Assembly: GCA_951406725.2 (NCBI GenBank)
Contig: OX597817.1
Span: 26,784,001 to 26,848,000, forward strand
Direction: 5' to 3'
DNA length: 64,000 bases
Source: Octopus vulgaris
Taxonomy: Eukaryota
The notes under the pieces are model-generated. The model ran no database searches. It was not told where the DNA came from and was given only the letters and a program-made list of their open reading frames with translations. This document shows, piece after piece, positions 24,436-36,910 of this stretch (position 1 is the stretch's first letter; every line of letters begins with the position of its first letter). The translations under genes were made by a program, and so were the position numbers.

Positions 24436-24469
<34 letters not shown>

Positions 24470-24770
24470 TGCTTTTGTTATCTTGATAATTGTTGACATT
24501 ATCATCCTCATCCTTTTAACTTTCTATTCTCTATGCAATTATGGCTTTAACAGGTTTGCAAGCACTGCTGAATATCACCATTCTTCCTAATATTGTATCA
24601 GTTTGCTTTGGGGCCAAAAGCTCTTTAAATCAGATGTCACTACTTCTTTCTATATCTTTTGGCCACAGCTATTGGCAAGAGTAAAAAATGCAGATAATGC
24701 TAACGATACAACAATGATGACAATAAAGATGACAAGAACAATTGATGTTGTTTTTTTTTCCTGTTTATAA

Positions 24771-25030
24771 TGGAGGCATGTGGTTTAGTGGTTAGGGTGT
24801 TGGACTCATGATTGTAAGATTGTGGTTTCAATTCCTGGATTGGGCAACATGTTGTTTTCTTGAGCAAAGCATTTCATTTCACATTGCTCCAATCCACTCA
24901 GCTGGCAAAAAAAGTAATGCTGTAATGGACAGGTGTGCCATCCAGGTGGGAATATATAGGCCCTGGAAACAAGAAATTTGACCGTTGTGAACCAGTATGA
25001 CTCAGGAAGGAACTTTACTTTACTTCTGCT
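24771..25030 (+). mobile_element. SINE family C variant (CORE-like body)
   Basis: tRNA head, ttcttgagcaaagca, gctccaatccactcagctggc. Confidence 0.8.
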
Positions 25031-25150
25031 TTTCTGCTTATTGCTCCATCTATAAATTCTGTTCAAGCAAATCCATAATACAAGGGCAGATAACTGACCC
25101 TTTAACATTCAGATTATTCTGCCACATGTAAAGCTTATTTATTCATGATA

Positions 25151-25556
25151 GGCATAGGAATGGCTGTGTGGTAAGTAGCTTGCTAACCAACCACATGGTT
25201 TCGGGTTCAGTCCCACTGCGTGGCACCATGGGCAAGTGTCTTCTACTATAGCCTCAGGCTGACTAAAGGCTTGTGAGTGGATTTGGTAGACGGAAACTGA
25301 AAGAAGGCCATCATATATATGTATATGTATATATATGTGTGTGTATTTGTGTGTCTGTGTTTGTCCCCTCAACATTGCTTGACAACCGATGGTGGTGTGT
25401 TTATGTCCCTGTAACTTAGCGGTTCGGCAAAAGAGGCCGATAGGATAAGTACTGGGCTTACAAAGAATAAGTCTTGGGTCGATTTGCTCGACTAAAGGCG
25501 GTGCTCCAGAATAGCTGCAGTCAAATGACTTAAACAATTAAAAGAGTAAAAAAGTA
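25151..25556 (+). mobile_element. SINE family A
   Basis: Full-length match to the family. Confidence 0.92.
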
Positions 25557-25608
25557 TGATCTTTTGAATTAGTCATTATTATCTCATAGCTTTGAGATTT
25601 CAATGATA

Positions 25609-25840
25609 TACTCTTTTACTTGTTTCAGTCATTTGCTAGAGCACCACCTTTAGTTGAGCGAATCGACCCCAGGACTTATTCTTTGTAAGCCTAGTACTTA
25701 TTTTATCATTCTCTTTTGCCGAACCGCTAAGTTACAGGGACGTAAACACACCATCATCGGTTGTCAAGCAATGTTGGGAGGAACAACACAGACACACAAA
25801 CACATACACACACATACATATATAGGCCACTCCTATGCCT
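25609..25840 (-). mobile_element. SINE family A with internal deletion
   Basis: 3' half joined to the first about 15 nt of the head. Confidence 0.85.
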
Positions 25841-26196
25841 ATATGATTGTATAATTTTAGTATGATATTGTAGGGTAGATGTAAGAGGCCAGATTTGGCC
25901 ACTTTGAGCATAAAAACAGGTAGAATATTTGGGCTGGGTACGACTGGTTTAAATGCTAAAGGGTTATGCAAAGAATCCTATGAGAGTCTATAGCAACAGA
26001 AACCACCGTTTTATATTTATAGGCATGAATAAAGACATTTCAAAATAAATAATGGCTGGCTATTTTACGCAACTATAATGCTGGTATCATAAGAGTTTGT
26101 CTCTTAGGCTCAAGATTTCTGTTTTTAAAAAAATATTTGTCAGTGTGCAGATTGATATATGAAATATTACTGCTGTTTTTCTTCACATGAGACTAA

Positions 26197-26536
26197 TCAT
26201 CATCATCATCGTTTAACGTCCGCTTTCCATGCTAGCATGGGTTGGACTATTTGACTGAGGTCTGGCAAACCAGATGGCTGCACCAGACTCCAATCTGATC
26301 TGTCAGAGTTTCTACAGCTGGATGCCCTTCCTAATGCCGACAACCACTTCGAGAATGTAGTGGCTGCTTTTATGTGCCACCGGCACGAGGGCCAGTCAGA
26401 CGGTACTGGCAAATGGTGTTTTTTATGAGCCACCTGCACAGTAGCCAGTCCAGCAGCACTGGCAATGACCTCACTCGAATGATTTTTCATGTGCCACCAG
26501 CACAAGTGCCAGTAAGGTGACGCAGGTAACGATCAC
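26197..26536 (-). mobile_element. RTE LINE 3' UTR
   Basis: (GAT)n tail and conserved 3' end. Confidence 0.85.
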
Positions 26537-27374
26537 AAATGTAAAAGAAAAAGAAAAAAATTGTACCAAATTTTAAATTTAGCAACATGCAATACAAAAC
26601 TGAATACCTAAACTGAATCTAATCTGGATCAGAACATTTTACGTGCTCACTACATCATTCTGATCCTTGTGGTTTATATTGTAATTAGGAGAAAAGGTAT
26701 CTGAGAAGTTAATATTGGAGTGCATAAAACTACTCAGAACAGCAACACATTACTGATGCACCTTCTACAATAATAGGTTTGCATACATATTTTTTCTTCT
26801 TATAATATTTGTAATGGTTACATGCTCCTCTCCTTTAAATGCTGTAAGCAACGTTATCACTGTATAATAGATGAGTGTTTGCTCTGAATTACAATATAGC
26901 ACTCAGAAAATATCTATTTACTTTGTTTATTTTACTTTTATTTTCAAGGTTAATTTTTTTGTTCTTTTTTTTTTTTTGTTCAGTATTTCCTCAAGCAAAG
27001 TTTGCTTTAAGTAAACAATGCATTCAACAACTGCTGGAAATAAGGATCAACATACTTGATCAATATATTAAATATCCCTGCTTGTATCCACAAATAACTT
27101 TTAGATACAGAAAGCTGACGTTATTCAAGGCATTATTGGCATAGAGTAAATAGCTCTGGAAACCTCAACATCAGAATAATCACTCCCAGTAAAGTTTGAT
27201 GGTAAATTTTATTTATCTTCTGGATTAACACTTCCACCTAGGTCTTAGGAGCCTTTAGTAGAGTCCAGTTCAGTTGCAAGCTTCTGAACCACTGTCTTTA
27301 AGGCTCAGAAGAATTTCATATGTGCTGCCCTTCCACATCTCAGTATCACATCAAAAAAGATAGAAAATACACAT

Positions 27375-27693
27375 CGCCTTACTGGCACTTGTGTTGGTGG
27401 CACGTGAAAAAACATTTGAGCAAGGTTGTTGCCAGTGCTGCTGGACTGGCTCCTGTGCAGGTGACACATAAAAAGCACCATTTGAGCATGGCCGTTGTCA
27501 GTACCACCTGACTAGCCCCCTTGCTGGTGGCACGTAAAAGTACCCACTACACCCCCAGAGCGGTTGGCATTAGAAAGGGCATCCAGCTGTAGAAACTCTG
27601 CCAGATCAGATTGCAGTCTGGTTTGCCAGACGTCAGTCAAATCGTCCAACCCATGCTAGCATAGAAAGGGGACGTTAAACAATGATGATGATG
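27375..27693 (+). mobile_element. RTE LINE 3' UTR
   Basis: ggtggcacgtaaaa units, ccatgctagcat..aaag, (GAT)n. Confidence 0.85.
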
Positions 27694-27931
27694 AATATCA
27701 GCAGCTCAATACCTTTTTCATAACAGTCATCTGTACAAGCAAATACTTATGTTAATTAGAGGCTGGGTTACTAAACCATTTAAAGGAATTGTTGTTTAGT
27801 AGAGGTCAGCTCTGATTGTGTAGACTTATGATCAAAAGCCTTCCAGCCTTGACTGTACCATATATTTCATCCTTTTAGGCCTATCTTGGATTATATTGTT
27901 TAATGTGTCCTTACCTCGAGTCAGTAGGGAT

Positions 27932-28342
27932 ACTCTTTACTCTGTACTCTTTTACTTGTTTCAGTCATTTGACTGCAGCCATGCTGGAGCACCGCCTTTA
28001 GTCGAGCAAATCGACCCCGGGACTTATTCTTTATAAGTCCAGTACTTATTCTATCGGTCTCTTTTGCCGAACCGCTAGCTGATGGGGACGTAAACACACC
28101 AGCATCGGTTGTCAAGCAATGCTAGGGGACAAATACAGATACACAACCACACACACACATATATATATATACATATATACGACAGGCTTCTTTCAGTTTC
28201 CGTCTACCAAATCCACTCACAAGGCATTGGTCGACCCGGGGCTATAGCAGAAGACACTTGCCCATGATGCCACGCAGTGGGACTGAACCCGGAACCATGT
28301 GGTTGGTTAGCAAGATACTTACCACACAGTCACTCCTGCGCC
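27932..28342 (-). mobile_element. SINE family A
   Basis: Full length. Confidence 0.92.
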
Positions 28343-28617
28343 TATGGCTTATGGTAATTTTTCATTTAAATCTAGAAGGTTAAGAAAGAAACCATGTGGT
28401 AGATATCTTACTGGCTTTCGAATAAATATGTTGCTTTTGTTGAAGTTCAATCTCCAGGTCAACTTTGGCAGAATAAACCTATAATCAAATGTATCCAAGA
28501 CCATAACCATCTCATCTTCTTAGGTAGTAGGACCGCGTTATCTCATGTGTCTTTTCTTTATTGGAGGAGATATGATGTTTCATGGAAGATTTGACTGCTA
28601 TTTCTTGTAAACTGAGT

Positions 28618-29037
28618 TACTCTTTACTCTTTTACTCTTTTACTTGTATCAGTCATTTGACTGTGGCCATGCTGGAGAACCGCCTATAGTCTAGAAAATC
28701 GACCCCAGGACTTATTCTTTGTAAGCCCAGTACTTATTCTATCGGTCTCTTTTGCTGAACCGCTAAGTTACAGGACGTAAACACACCAGCATCGGTTGTC
28801 AAGCGACATTGAGGGGACAAATACAGACACACAAACATATACATACACACACATATATATATATACATATATACGACAGGCTTCTTTCAGCTTCCGTCTA
28901 CCAAATCCACTCACAAGGCTTTGGTCGGCCCAAGGCTATAGTAGAAGATACTTGCCCAAGGTGCCATGCAGCAGGACTGAACCTGGAACCATGTGGTTAG
29001 TAAGCAAGCTACTTACAACACAGCTACTCCTACGCCT
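28618..29037 (-). mobile_element. SINE family A
   Basis: Full length. Confidence 0.92.
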
Positions 29038-29149
29038 ATTAACTAAGTGAATTGAAAAAAACTAAAGGATTTGTAACTGTGAATACCATTTAGAAATGAA
29101 ATATATTCCAGCTCTAAATTTCATTTCAAACAAAAAATTTTAAAAACAA

Positions 29150-29163
29150 ATATAAAGCTGAAG

Positions 29164-29208
<45 letters not shown>

Positions 29209-29933
29209 TGTGGCAACTATCACTATCTCCTCCGAGACCCTGCAACAGAAGTTGACCAAAATTGAGAATATGATAGAAGAAGGCTTGCTCTTCATTCCGT
29301 AGAAGAAAAAATTCAAATCGGACCATGTTAAGGTGCTTTTTCGCTATTTTTTATGATTTTTTTTACTATTGTGTTGCCATTTTTTGGTGTATTTCAACCA
29401 GAAAAAGTGCGATGTTCAAGTCAAACCTTCAATGGTTATGTTTTGATTTTACAGATTTTTTTAGTTATATGTGATGTAAAATAGTCGATTTTATTCATTT
29501 TACAGGTACAACTACAATTCATGTTGCCCACCCGTTTGACTTCAAAATAAAATTTTTTGATTTTTTTGCAACCACAAACTGTTCTTACAATCGTTTGGGA
29601 TTTTCCTGTACTTTTTCTTAATGAATAGTGTTGCAGTGTTAACTTCTTAATAGATTTTCAGTGCAGTTCGAAACTTGAGCTTCAAGTTGTTTTAAATCTA
29701 CCGGTAATTTTTTTCTCCATTATGTTAATAGAAGCAATATTAACCAACAATACCAACAACTGAAGTCGGCATTACACATTTGCAGCACATTCAGAGCAAA
29801 CTCGAGCATCGTCACACTATACTTTTATTCATAGATTGAAACTATGTCAAAACTTTGTTAACGCGACATCAAAGTCTGCCGTTTTAAGCGCAACTAAAAA
29901 ACAAACCTGACCAACGCCGGGCTATACTGCTTG
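29150..29933 (+). mobile_element. Non-autonomous Helitron-like element (long form)
   Basis: 5' tataaagctgaagttgtgtg and 3' caacgccgggctatactgcttg resemble the ends of the adjacent 297-bp element. Confidence 0.65.
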
Positions 29934-30230
29934 TCTTTATATATAAAAGTCAAGTTGTGTGTCTGTCTCCTACGATTTAGATTCCTAACTACTCCCACAT
30001 TTTGCGGTGCAGTGTAACCAAAACCGGGTATCTTATAGTCGTGATTCATATCGAGTCCTTCTGGGTATTAGCGCACGTCTACGATGAGTCTAGGATTTTA
30101 AAAATAATTTACCATCATTTTTTTTCCATTTTTAATGCATTCTTTTGCTATTTTGGGGCTATAACTCTCTAAAAATGCTTATATAGTTATTTCCCTTACA
30201 AACCCGAGCAACGCCTGGCAATACTACTAG
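29934..30230 (+). mobile_element. Non-autonomous Helitron, 297 bp
   Basis: Starts TC, ends CTAG followed by T, GC-rich subterminal hairpin cccgagcaacgcctgg; second copy at 58669-58965. Confidence 0.88.
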
Positions 30231-30417
30231 TACAATTATAAAGAAAGCTATTGTATATTGAGTTAAAAAAATAACTCCTCCTGGATGGAGAAAAAAGCTA
30301 AAAGCAATCAACGGGATTCAAGCCATGCATCTTGTGACCATGACACACATGCTACAGAAGATACTTCAAGTCTTGTGAGTGTCTTACAGCTTCTTTTGGA
30401 GCTTTTGTTGCTTCATG

Positions 30418-30686
30418 ACATCATCATCATCATCATCATCGTTTAACGTCCGTTCTCCATGCTAGCATGGGTTGGACAGTTCGACCGGGGATCTGGGAAG
30501 CCAGAAGGCTGCACCAGGCTCCAGTCTGATCTGGCAGTGTTTCTACAGCTGAATGCCCTTCCTAATGCCAACCACTCCGTGAGAGTAGTGGGTGCTTTTT
30601 ACGTGCCACCGGCATGGAAGCCAGTCGAGGCAGCACTGGCATCGGCCACGATTCGGATGGTGCTTTTTATGTGCCACCGGCACGGA
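30418..30686 (-). mobile_element. RTE LINE 3' UTR
   Basis: Conserved 3' end, one repeat unit. Confidence 0.85.
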
Positions 30687-30770
30687 ATAATTTATAAAAT
30701 AAAATGTCTCATGTTGGCATTACTAGAAATGGAAAAGAGAATGGCTTTTGGTATCTTTGTTAGCATGATA

Positions 30771-30996
30771 TACTCTGTTACTCTTTTACTTTTTTCAGAG
30801 AGTTCACTGCAGCCATGCTGGAGCACCACCTTTTAGTCGAGCAAATCAAACCCCAGGACTTATTCTTTGTAAGGCTAGTACTTATTCTATTGGTCTCTTT
30901 TCCCCGAACTGTTAAGTTACAGGGACGTAAACACACCAGCATCGGTTGTCAAGCGATGTTGTGGGGACAAACACAAACACACAAACACACGCACAT

Positions 30997-31043
<47 letters not shown>

Positions 31044-31198
31044 CGATGGGCTTCTTTCAGTTTCCGTCTACCAAATCCACTCACAAGGCTTTAGTCAGCT
31101 CAAGGCTATAGTAGAAGACACTTGCCCAAGGCGCCACACAGCAGGACTGAACCCGGAACTATGTCGTTGGTAAGCAAGCTACTTACCACAGAATCACT
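30771..31198 (-). mobile_element. SINE family A
   Basis: Near full length. Confidence 0.9.
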
Positions 31199-31601
31199 AA
31201 AATTTCAATTTCTTCTTTCTCCAACTTCTATTAAAAGCACTATTTCTCTTCAGACAAGTTTGATTTTCTGTCTTGATCATTTCCTCCCTTTTTGTTTTTA
31301 AACCTGTAGTTACAAGTTAATACAGTTAAATAACTGATAATCGAAAATGACCCACAACTTTTCCACTCACTTATTTTGATATCTATGTGAAGTTTGCTTC
31401 CTTTGGGTACCTATGTATTTAATTTCATACTTTCTTTAATCCAGTATGATATGTATTCTCAATAATTTCCTGCTTGTTATCCAATAAATAATATGTTTCA
31501 TTTTAAGGTGATGTTACCATGTAAAAAGCACCTTTGTTATCATGTGAAAAGTGGTTGACATTAGGAAGGGCCTTGAGCTGTAGAAACTGTGGTGTAGAAA
31601 C

Positions 31602-31884
31602 TGTGGTGTATGCGGGAGATTTGAAATAAGAACAGCTACCTTCTCTTCGTCAACACAGACCTCCCCAGTGGTAACGCACCCTTCCACATGGCCCGACCCG
31701 AACGCCAGAAATAGCAGCTGCTTTTCCCCTACCATGACAAAGTGTTCACGTGTCCAGCTCTCTCGGCTACCTCGATCCAAAAGGTCCAATGCTCCCCTGC
31801 TTCCATGCCTGTAACTCCTGCCCCTTCCTCTTCTGGTCAGCCCCAAGTTCCGGTCAGCTCACCAGCTGCTGACATCATCCCACA
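31602..31884. mobile_element. Solo LTR (283 bp) inserted in an RTE 3' UTR (31515-32005)
   Basis: TGTGG...CCACA termini with 5-bp TSD GAAAC (31597-31601, 31885-31889); host LINE sequence resumes after it. Confidence 0.75.
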
Positions 31885-32533
31885 GAAACCAAGCCAACAC
31901 AGACCATGGAACCTGGTACAGACCCTGGCCTTGCCAGTTCCTGTCAAGCTGTCCAACCCATGCCAGCATGGAAAATAGAAGTTAAATGTTAATGAGGATG
32001 ATGATGTGGTATAAATTGAGTTGTACCTGCCTCTAACAGTAAAATTCATTTTCAACTAGCTTTCAAACAATCAGATCAATATCCTATAATTTGCTTTGAA
32101 CAAAGCTATCATCCATCCATTTTTTTCCCCTAGCATTTGTTTGACTACTTACTTCCTTCCTGTTACTTTACAGTTTTCTTTCCACATCCACCTTGTCTCT
32201 ATATTAATCACCATAGTTTTATGTTAACATATCCTTCAAACCAATTTAGTCTTGGTTGGATGCTATTTCTCTACTTTTCTCTTTCAGTTGGGGGAATATA
32301 TATATCCTGAAGCTATACTCAGACTAATACATCTAGGAGAGTAATTAACAGAAAACAAAATTAATCTTTGAGCAGAAAGAACTTTAATGCCAATACAACA
32401 TTCTGGCAAGTACATCCAAATGATGTTTACAACACTGTAAATGCACTAAGCCAATTCATTCAAAGTAGTTAGATCTAATAAAAGTATAATTCCATATTCA
32501 ACCTAATTACTTCCCTTGAATCCCTCAAGGGGC

Positions 32534-33291
32534 AATCAACATCAATGGGAATTGTAGCTGTGATACCAGTGCCGGTGGCACATAAGAGAACCGTCTGATC
32601 ATGGCCGTTTGCCAACCTCGCCTGGCCTCCGTGTCGGTGGCACGTAAAAAGCACCATCCGATCGTGGCCGTTGCCAGCCTCGCCTGGCCTCTGTGTTGGT
32701 GGCACGTAAAAAGCACCATCCGATCATGGCCGTTTGCCACCCTCACCTGGCCTCCGTGTCAATGGCACATAAAAAGCACCATCCGATCGTGGCCATTTGC
32801 CAGCCTCGCCTGGCCTCCGTGTCGGTGGCACGTAAAAAGCACCATCCGATCGTGGCCATTGCCAGCCTCGCCTGGCCTCCGTGTCGGTGGCACGTAAAAA
32901 GCACCATCCGATCATGGCCATTGCCAGCCTCGCCTGGCCTCCGTGTCAGTGGCACGTAAAAAGCACCATCTGATCATGGCCATTGCCAGCCTAGCCTGGC
33001 CTCCGTGTTGGTGGCATGTAAAAAGCACCATCCGATCATGGCCGTTTGCCAGCCTCGCCTGGCCTCCGTGTCGGTGGCACGTAAAAAGCACCATCCGATC
33101 GTGGCCGTTTGCCAGCCTCGCCTGGCACCTGTGCTGGTGGCGCTTAAAAACCACCCACTACACTCACAGAGGAAGGGCATCCAGCCGTAGAAACATTGCC
33201 AGATCAGACTGGGCCTGGTGCAGCCTTCTGGCTTCCCAGACCCCAGATGAACCGTCCAACCCATGCTAGCATGGAAAGCGGATGCTAAACA

Positions 33292-33327
<36 letters not shown>
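32534..33327 (+). mobile_element. RTE LINE 3' UTR with expanded minisatellite and (GAT)n tail
   Basis: Collinear with the reverse complement of 7322-7740. Confidence 0.9.
32574..33135 (+). repeat. Tandem array of nine 62-63 bp units
   Basis: Unit starts at 32574, 32636, 32698, 32761, 32824, 32886, 32948, 33010, 33073. Confidence 0.95.
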
Positions 33328-33328
<1 letters not shown>

Positions 33329-34032
33329 GGCTAAGGGAGAACTTCTGCAGCATAATCATCACAAAATCTGAGCACAGGAATGCAAGTCTACACAGCTCAT
33401 ATTATATGAACAATGATTCGGCATCTTTAAGTAACTACAAGTGAAAATATACAGCCTGAATAAAATAGAAAAAAAAAGAACAAAAAAAAATCTGTTAATG
33501 TAAATAAACTGATATTAAACATTGATGACGATGATGATAATGATGATCGTGATGATAAGTGTCTGACTAAAACCAGGGAAGGCTGTTTTCTTTCTATTAG
33601 GTATCAGCAGAATGTTTTTATATGTTTATCAGGAGAAATCTTCTTACAATTCTTGTATAATAAATGGAAAGATTATATTCAATAGCATCAGCTTAGTTTC
33701 CATTCCAGATGGAGGAATAATGTAAAAAATAAAATATGCTACAAGTGCCTGCCGTTTTTATTTAGTATATTTATTTATTTTTTTTTTGTCTATGCTTTCG
33801 TTATATTTTCATCTTGTTATTTTTTTTTATCTTAATTAAAAAACAAATATACCCAACTGAATCAGACTTACTCAAGTGGAAAATATTTTATCTAATAATG
33901 AAAGTGTATGTCCAATCAATTATACATACACACATACACATATGTGTGTATATATATGTATATGAACATATATATATTTCTGTATGTATGAATTTATATA
34001 TATGCATATATACATATTTATGTATATATATC

Positions 34033-34065
<33 letters not shown>

Positions 34066-34096
34066 ATATATATACATATGTATGCATATATATACA

Positions 34097-34148
<52 letters not shown>

Positions 34149-34150
34149 TT

Positions 34151-34520
34151 CAGGAGTAGCTGTGTGGTAAGAAGCTGGCTTCGCAACCACATAGTTCCAG
34201 GTTCAGTCCCATTGAGTGGCATCTTGGGCAAGTGTCTTCCACTATAGACTCAGGCCAACCAAAGCCTTGTGAGTGAATTTGGTAGAGGAAAACTGAAAGA
34301 AGCCCATCATATATATGTGTGTGTATCTATGTTAGTACCCTACCATCGCTTGACAATCAATGTTGGTGTGTTTATGTCACCATAACTTAATGGTTCAGCA
34401 AAAGAGACTGATAGAATAGGTACAAGGCTTACAAAGAATAAGTCCTAGGTTTGATTTATTTGACTAAAGGTGGTACTACAGCATGGCCACAGTCAAATGA
34501 CTGAAAGAAATAAAAGGAAA
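34151..34520 (+). mobile_element. SINE family A following a long (TA)n tract
   Basis: Family match. Confidence 0.9.
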
Positions 34521-34555
34521 ATATGTGTATATATGTATATGTATGTATATATGTA

Positions 34556-34920
34556 TCATCATCATCATTTAACGTCTGTTGTCCATACTGGCATGGGTTG
34601 GAGGATTTGACCTGGCCTGGTACATGGGGTGGTGGGGACTGCACCAGACTCCAATCTGATTTCTGATTTGGTATGGTTTTCTATGGCTGGTTGCCCTTCC
34701 TAATACCAACCACACTGAGAGTGTAATGGGTGCTTTTACATGCCACTGGTATGGGTGCCATTTGTGTGACTCCGGCATCTGCCACGACTGTGATTTTGCT
34801 CGCTTTGATGGGTCTTCTTCTCAAAAATAAACTTAATGTCAAAGGTCTCAGTCATTGCCTGCATGAGGCCCAGTGCTCAAACGGAACTCAGCTGCATTTC
34901 CTCCATGGGGCCCAATGCTC
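34556..34920 (-). mobile_element. RTE LINE 3' end, older subfamily
   Basis: catcatttaacgtc...ggcatgggttgg...cccttcctaa...aaaggtctcagtcat. Confidence 0.75.
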
Positions 34921-34958
34921 AAATATATATATATACACACAAATACATATATATGCAT

Positions 34959-35054
34959 GCAGTACATATACTAAAATTGGAATGATACAGAGAAAATTAG
35001 CATGGCCCCCTGCACAAGGATGACACGCAAATTTGTGAAGCATTCCATATTTTT
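34959..35054 (+). pseudogene. U6 snRNA pseudogene (first about 12 nt missing)
   Basis: gcagtacatatactaaaattggaatgatACAGAGAaaattagcatggccccctgcacaaggatgacacgcaaatttgtgaagcattccatattttt matches U6; four CpG-type substitutions, one insertion, no 5' stem-loop. Confidence 0.95.
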
Positions 35055-35056
35055 CT

Positions 35057-35270
35057 AAGGTAGGCGAGCTGGCAGAAACGTTAGCATGCCGGGCGAAATG
35101 CGTAGCCATCTTTTGCCTGCCGTTACGTTCTGGGTTCAAATTCCGCCGAGGTCGACTTTGCCTTTCATCCTTTCAGGGTCGATAAATTAAAGTACCAGTT
35201 ACGCACTGGGGTTGATGTAATCGACTTAATCCATTTGTCTGTCCTTGTTTGTTCGTCCCCTCTGTGTTTA
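35057..35270 (+). mobile_element. SINE family B, 3'-truncated
   Basis: Family match; begins about 2 nt after the U6 T-tract. Confidence 0.9.
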
Positions 35271-35565
35271 GAAAAAAATCCACCTTTTATCATTTCAATA
35301 ATGAAAAATTAAATTATACCATGTAGAAAATGACATATAGAAAGATTAAATATAATATAATATAAAACATATAACGATGATTAAGTAACGTGCAAAATAA
35401 TAAATAAAACGTATATATATATACATTTTATTTATTATTTAGCACATTACTTAATCATCGTTATACATTTATATTATATTTAATCTTTCTATAATATGTA
35501 ATTTTCTAGATGGTATAATTTAATTTTTCACTATTGAATTGATAAAAGGTGTTTTTTTTTTCTAA
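35268..35565. repeat. About 300-bp imperfect palindrome centred on (TA)n
   Basis: caccttttatca...aaattataccatgtagaaaat versus attttctagatggtataattt...tgataaaaggtg; centre about 35411-35424. Confidence 0.9.
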
Positions 35566-35657
35566 TTTATATATATATATATATTATATTTTGGAGAAAT
35601 TTGATTTAGTATTTCTAAATTGAATTTTTCCCTGTCAGTTTGGAATAATATTCCCTC

Positions 35658-35694
<37 letters not shown>

Positions 35695-36239
35695 GTGTGT
35701 GCCTGTATGTATCTTATATATAGAGACAGAGAAAGAGGGGCAGCGAGTGTGAGAGAGAGAGAGAGAGTAAGTATATACATATGTAGAGAGAGCATACATA
35801 CATAGAGAACTAAGTACAGATACATATACAGATATGCACATTGATACAAAGATATGATTGTATGTGTGTGTGCTTGTATGTGTTCTTTTATGTGCATCTT
35901 CATGTATTGTCTTTGGTAGGAAATCTACATATAAATATGAATATATAGATGTTAATCTACATATATATATGAATATATAGATGTTAATCTGCATATATAT
36001 GAATATTCATGAATCTGTATGTGTTCTTGTTGGCTGTGGTTTTGTGAAGCAATTTCACTTGCATCTGATGTTAGTTTCGAAAAAAAACCCAACTTATTTG
36101 CACATATAGACAGATTGTACGATGCTTGTATACAAATCACTATGCTACGTAGTAGTTAAACATGGACTATGATTGAGAGGAAGAAATGGAAACAGCATGA
36201 AGATGACGATGATGATGCTCCAGTGAATGCGTAATGTAA

Positions 36240-36910
36240 ATGTGCATATATGACAAAGTGTAAATGTGTTGAGAAAAATTGTGTTTAAGAGGCAGCAGAA
36301 TCATTGTGCAAGAGAAAAAAACTGTGCTGGTATGGTCATGTGATGCAAAGGGATGAGGACAGTCATATAAAGAAGTGCTAATCTCTAAATATGTTGAGGC
36401 ACATGGCTTAGTGGTTAGGATATCAGCATCATGCTTGTAAGATTGTAGTTTCAATTCCTGGACTGGTCGATGTGTTGTGTTCTTGAGCAAAACACTTCAT
36501 TTCATGTTGCTCCAGTCCACTCAGCTGGTAAAAATGAGTAACGCTGCGATGAACTGTCATCCTGTCCAGTTGGGGAACACATACGCCACTGAAACCGGGA
36601 AACTGGGCCCATGAGCCTGGCTAGGCTTTAAAAGGGCGCATTTACTTTTGTGATAGACTGGCATCCCATCCAGCTGGGGGGAACACATACACCACAGAAA
36701 CTGGGAAACCGCGCCCATGAGCCTGGCTAGGCTTGAAAAGGGCGGCGTTTATCCTTAATCTCTAAATTTGGAAGAGGAAGATTGAAGAAGATGTGGGATA
36801 AAGTGGTGAAAAATTATCTCTAGCTGTTGAGTCTAACAGAAGTGATGACAAACAATTGAGGTGATTGTTGATTTGTTCTGTTGTAGAAGATTTATGTAGC
36901 TAAGTAAAAT
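36240..36910 (+). mobile_element. Old RTE ORF end interrupted by SINE family C (36395-36750, duplicated 3' part)
   Basis: gtgcaagaga...ctgtgctggtatggtcatgtg; TSD taatctctaaat either side of the SINE. Confidence 0.75.

Larger units (their letters stand above)
25098..25963. mobile_element. piggyBac-type MITE interrupted by two SINE A copies
   Basis: Segments 25098-25150, 25557-25608 and 25841-25963 reassemble into the 14693-14913 element. Confidence 0.8.

Noticed and set aside
32636-32700. HDV-like ribozyme in the repeat unit (gcc-agcctcgcct-ggc resembles P3/L3)
   Set aside because: The putative P1 strands pair more simply as the local cgtgtc-ggt-ggcacg hairpin; no P2 or J4/2 C-R-A could be traced.
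32574-33135. CRISPR-like array
   Set aside because: Whole units are near-identical with no unique spacers, there are no cas genes, and the array sits in a LINE 3' UTR.
34959-35054. Functional U6 gene
   Set aside because: 5' stem-loop missing, substitutions in conserved positions, and the upstream sequence is LINE/microsatellite rather than PSE-TATA.
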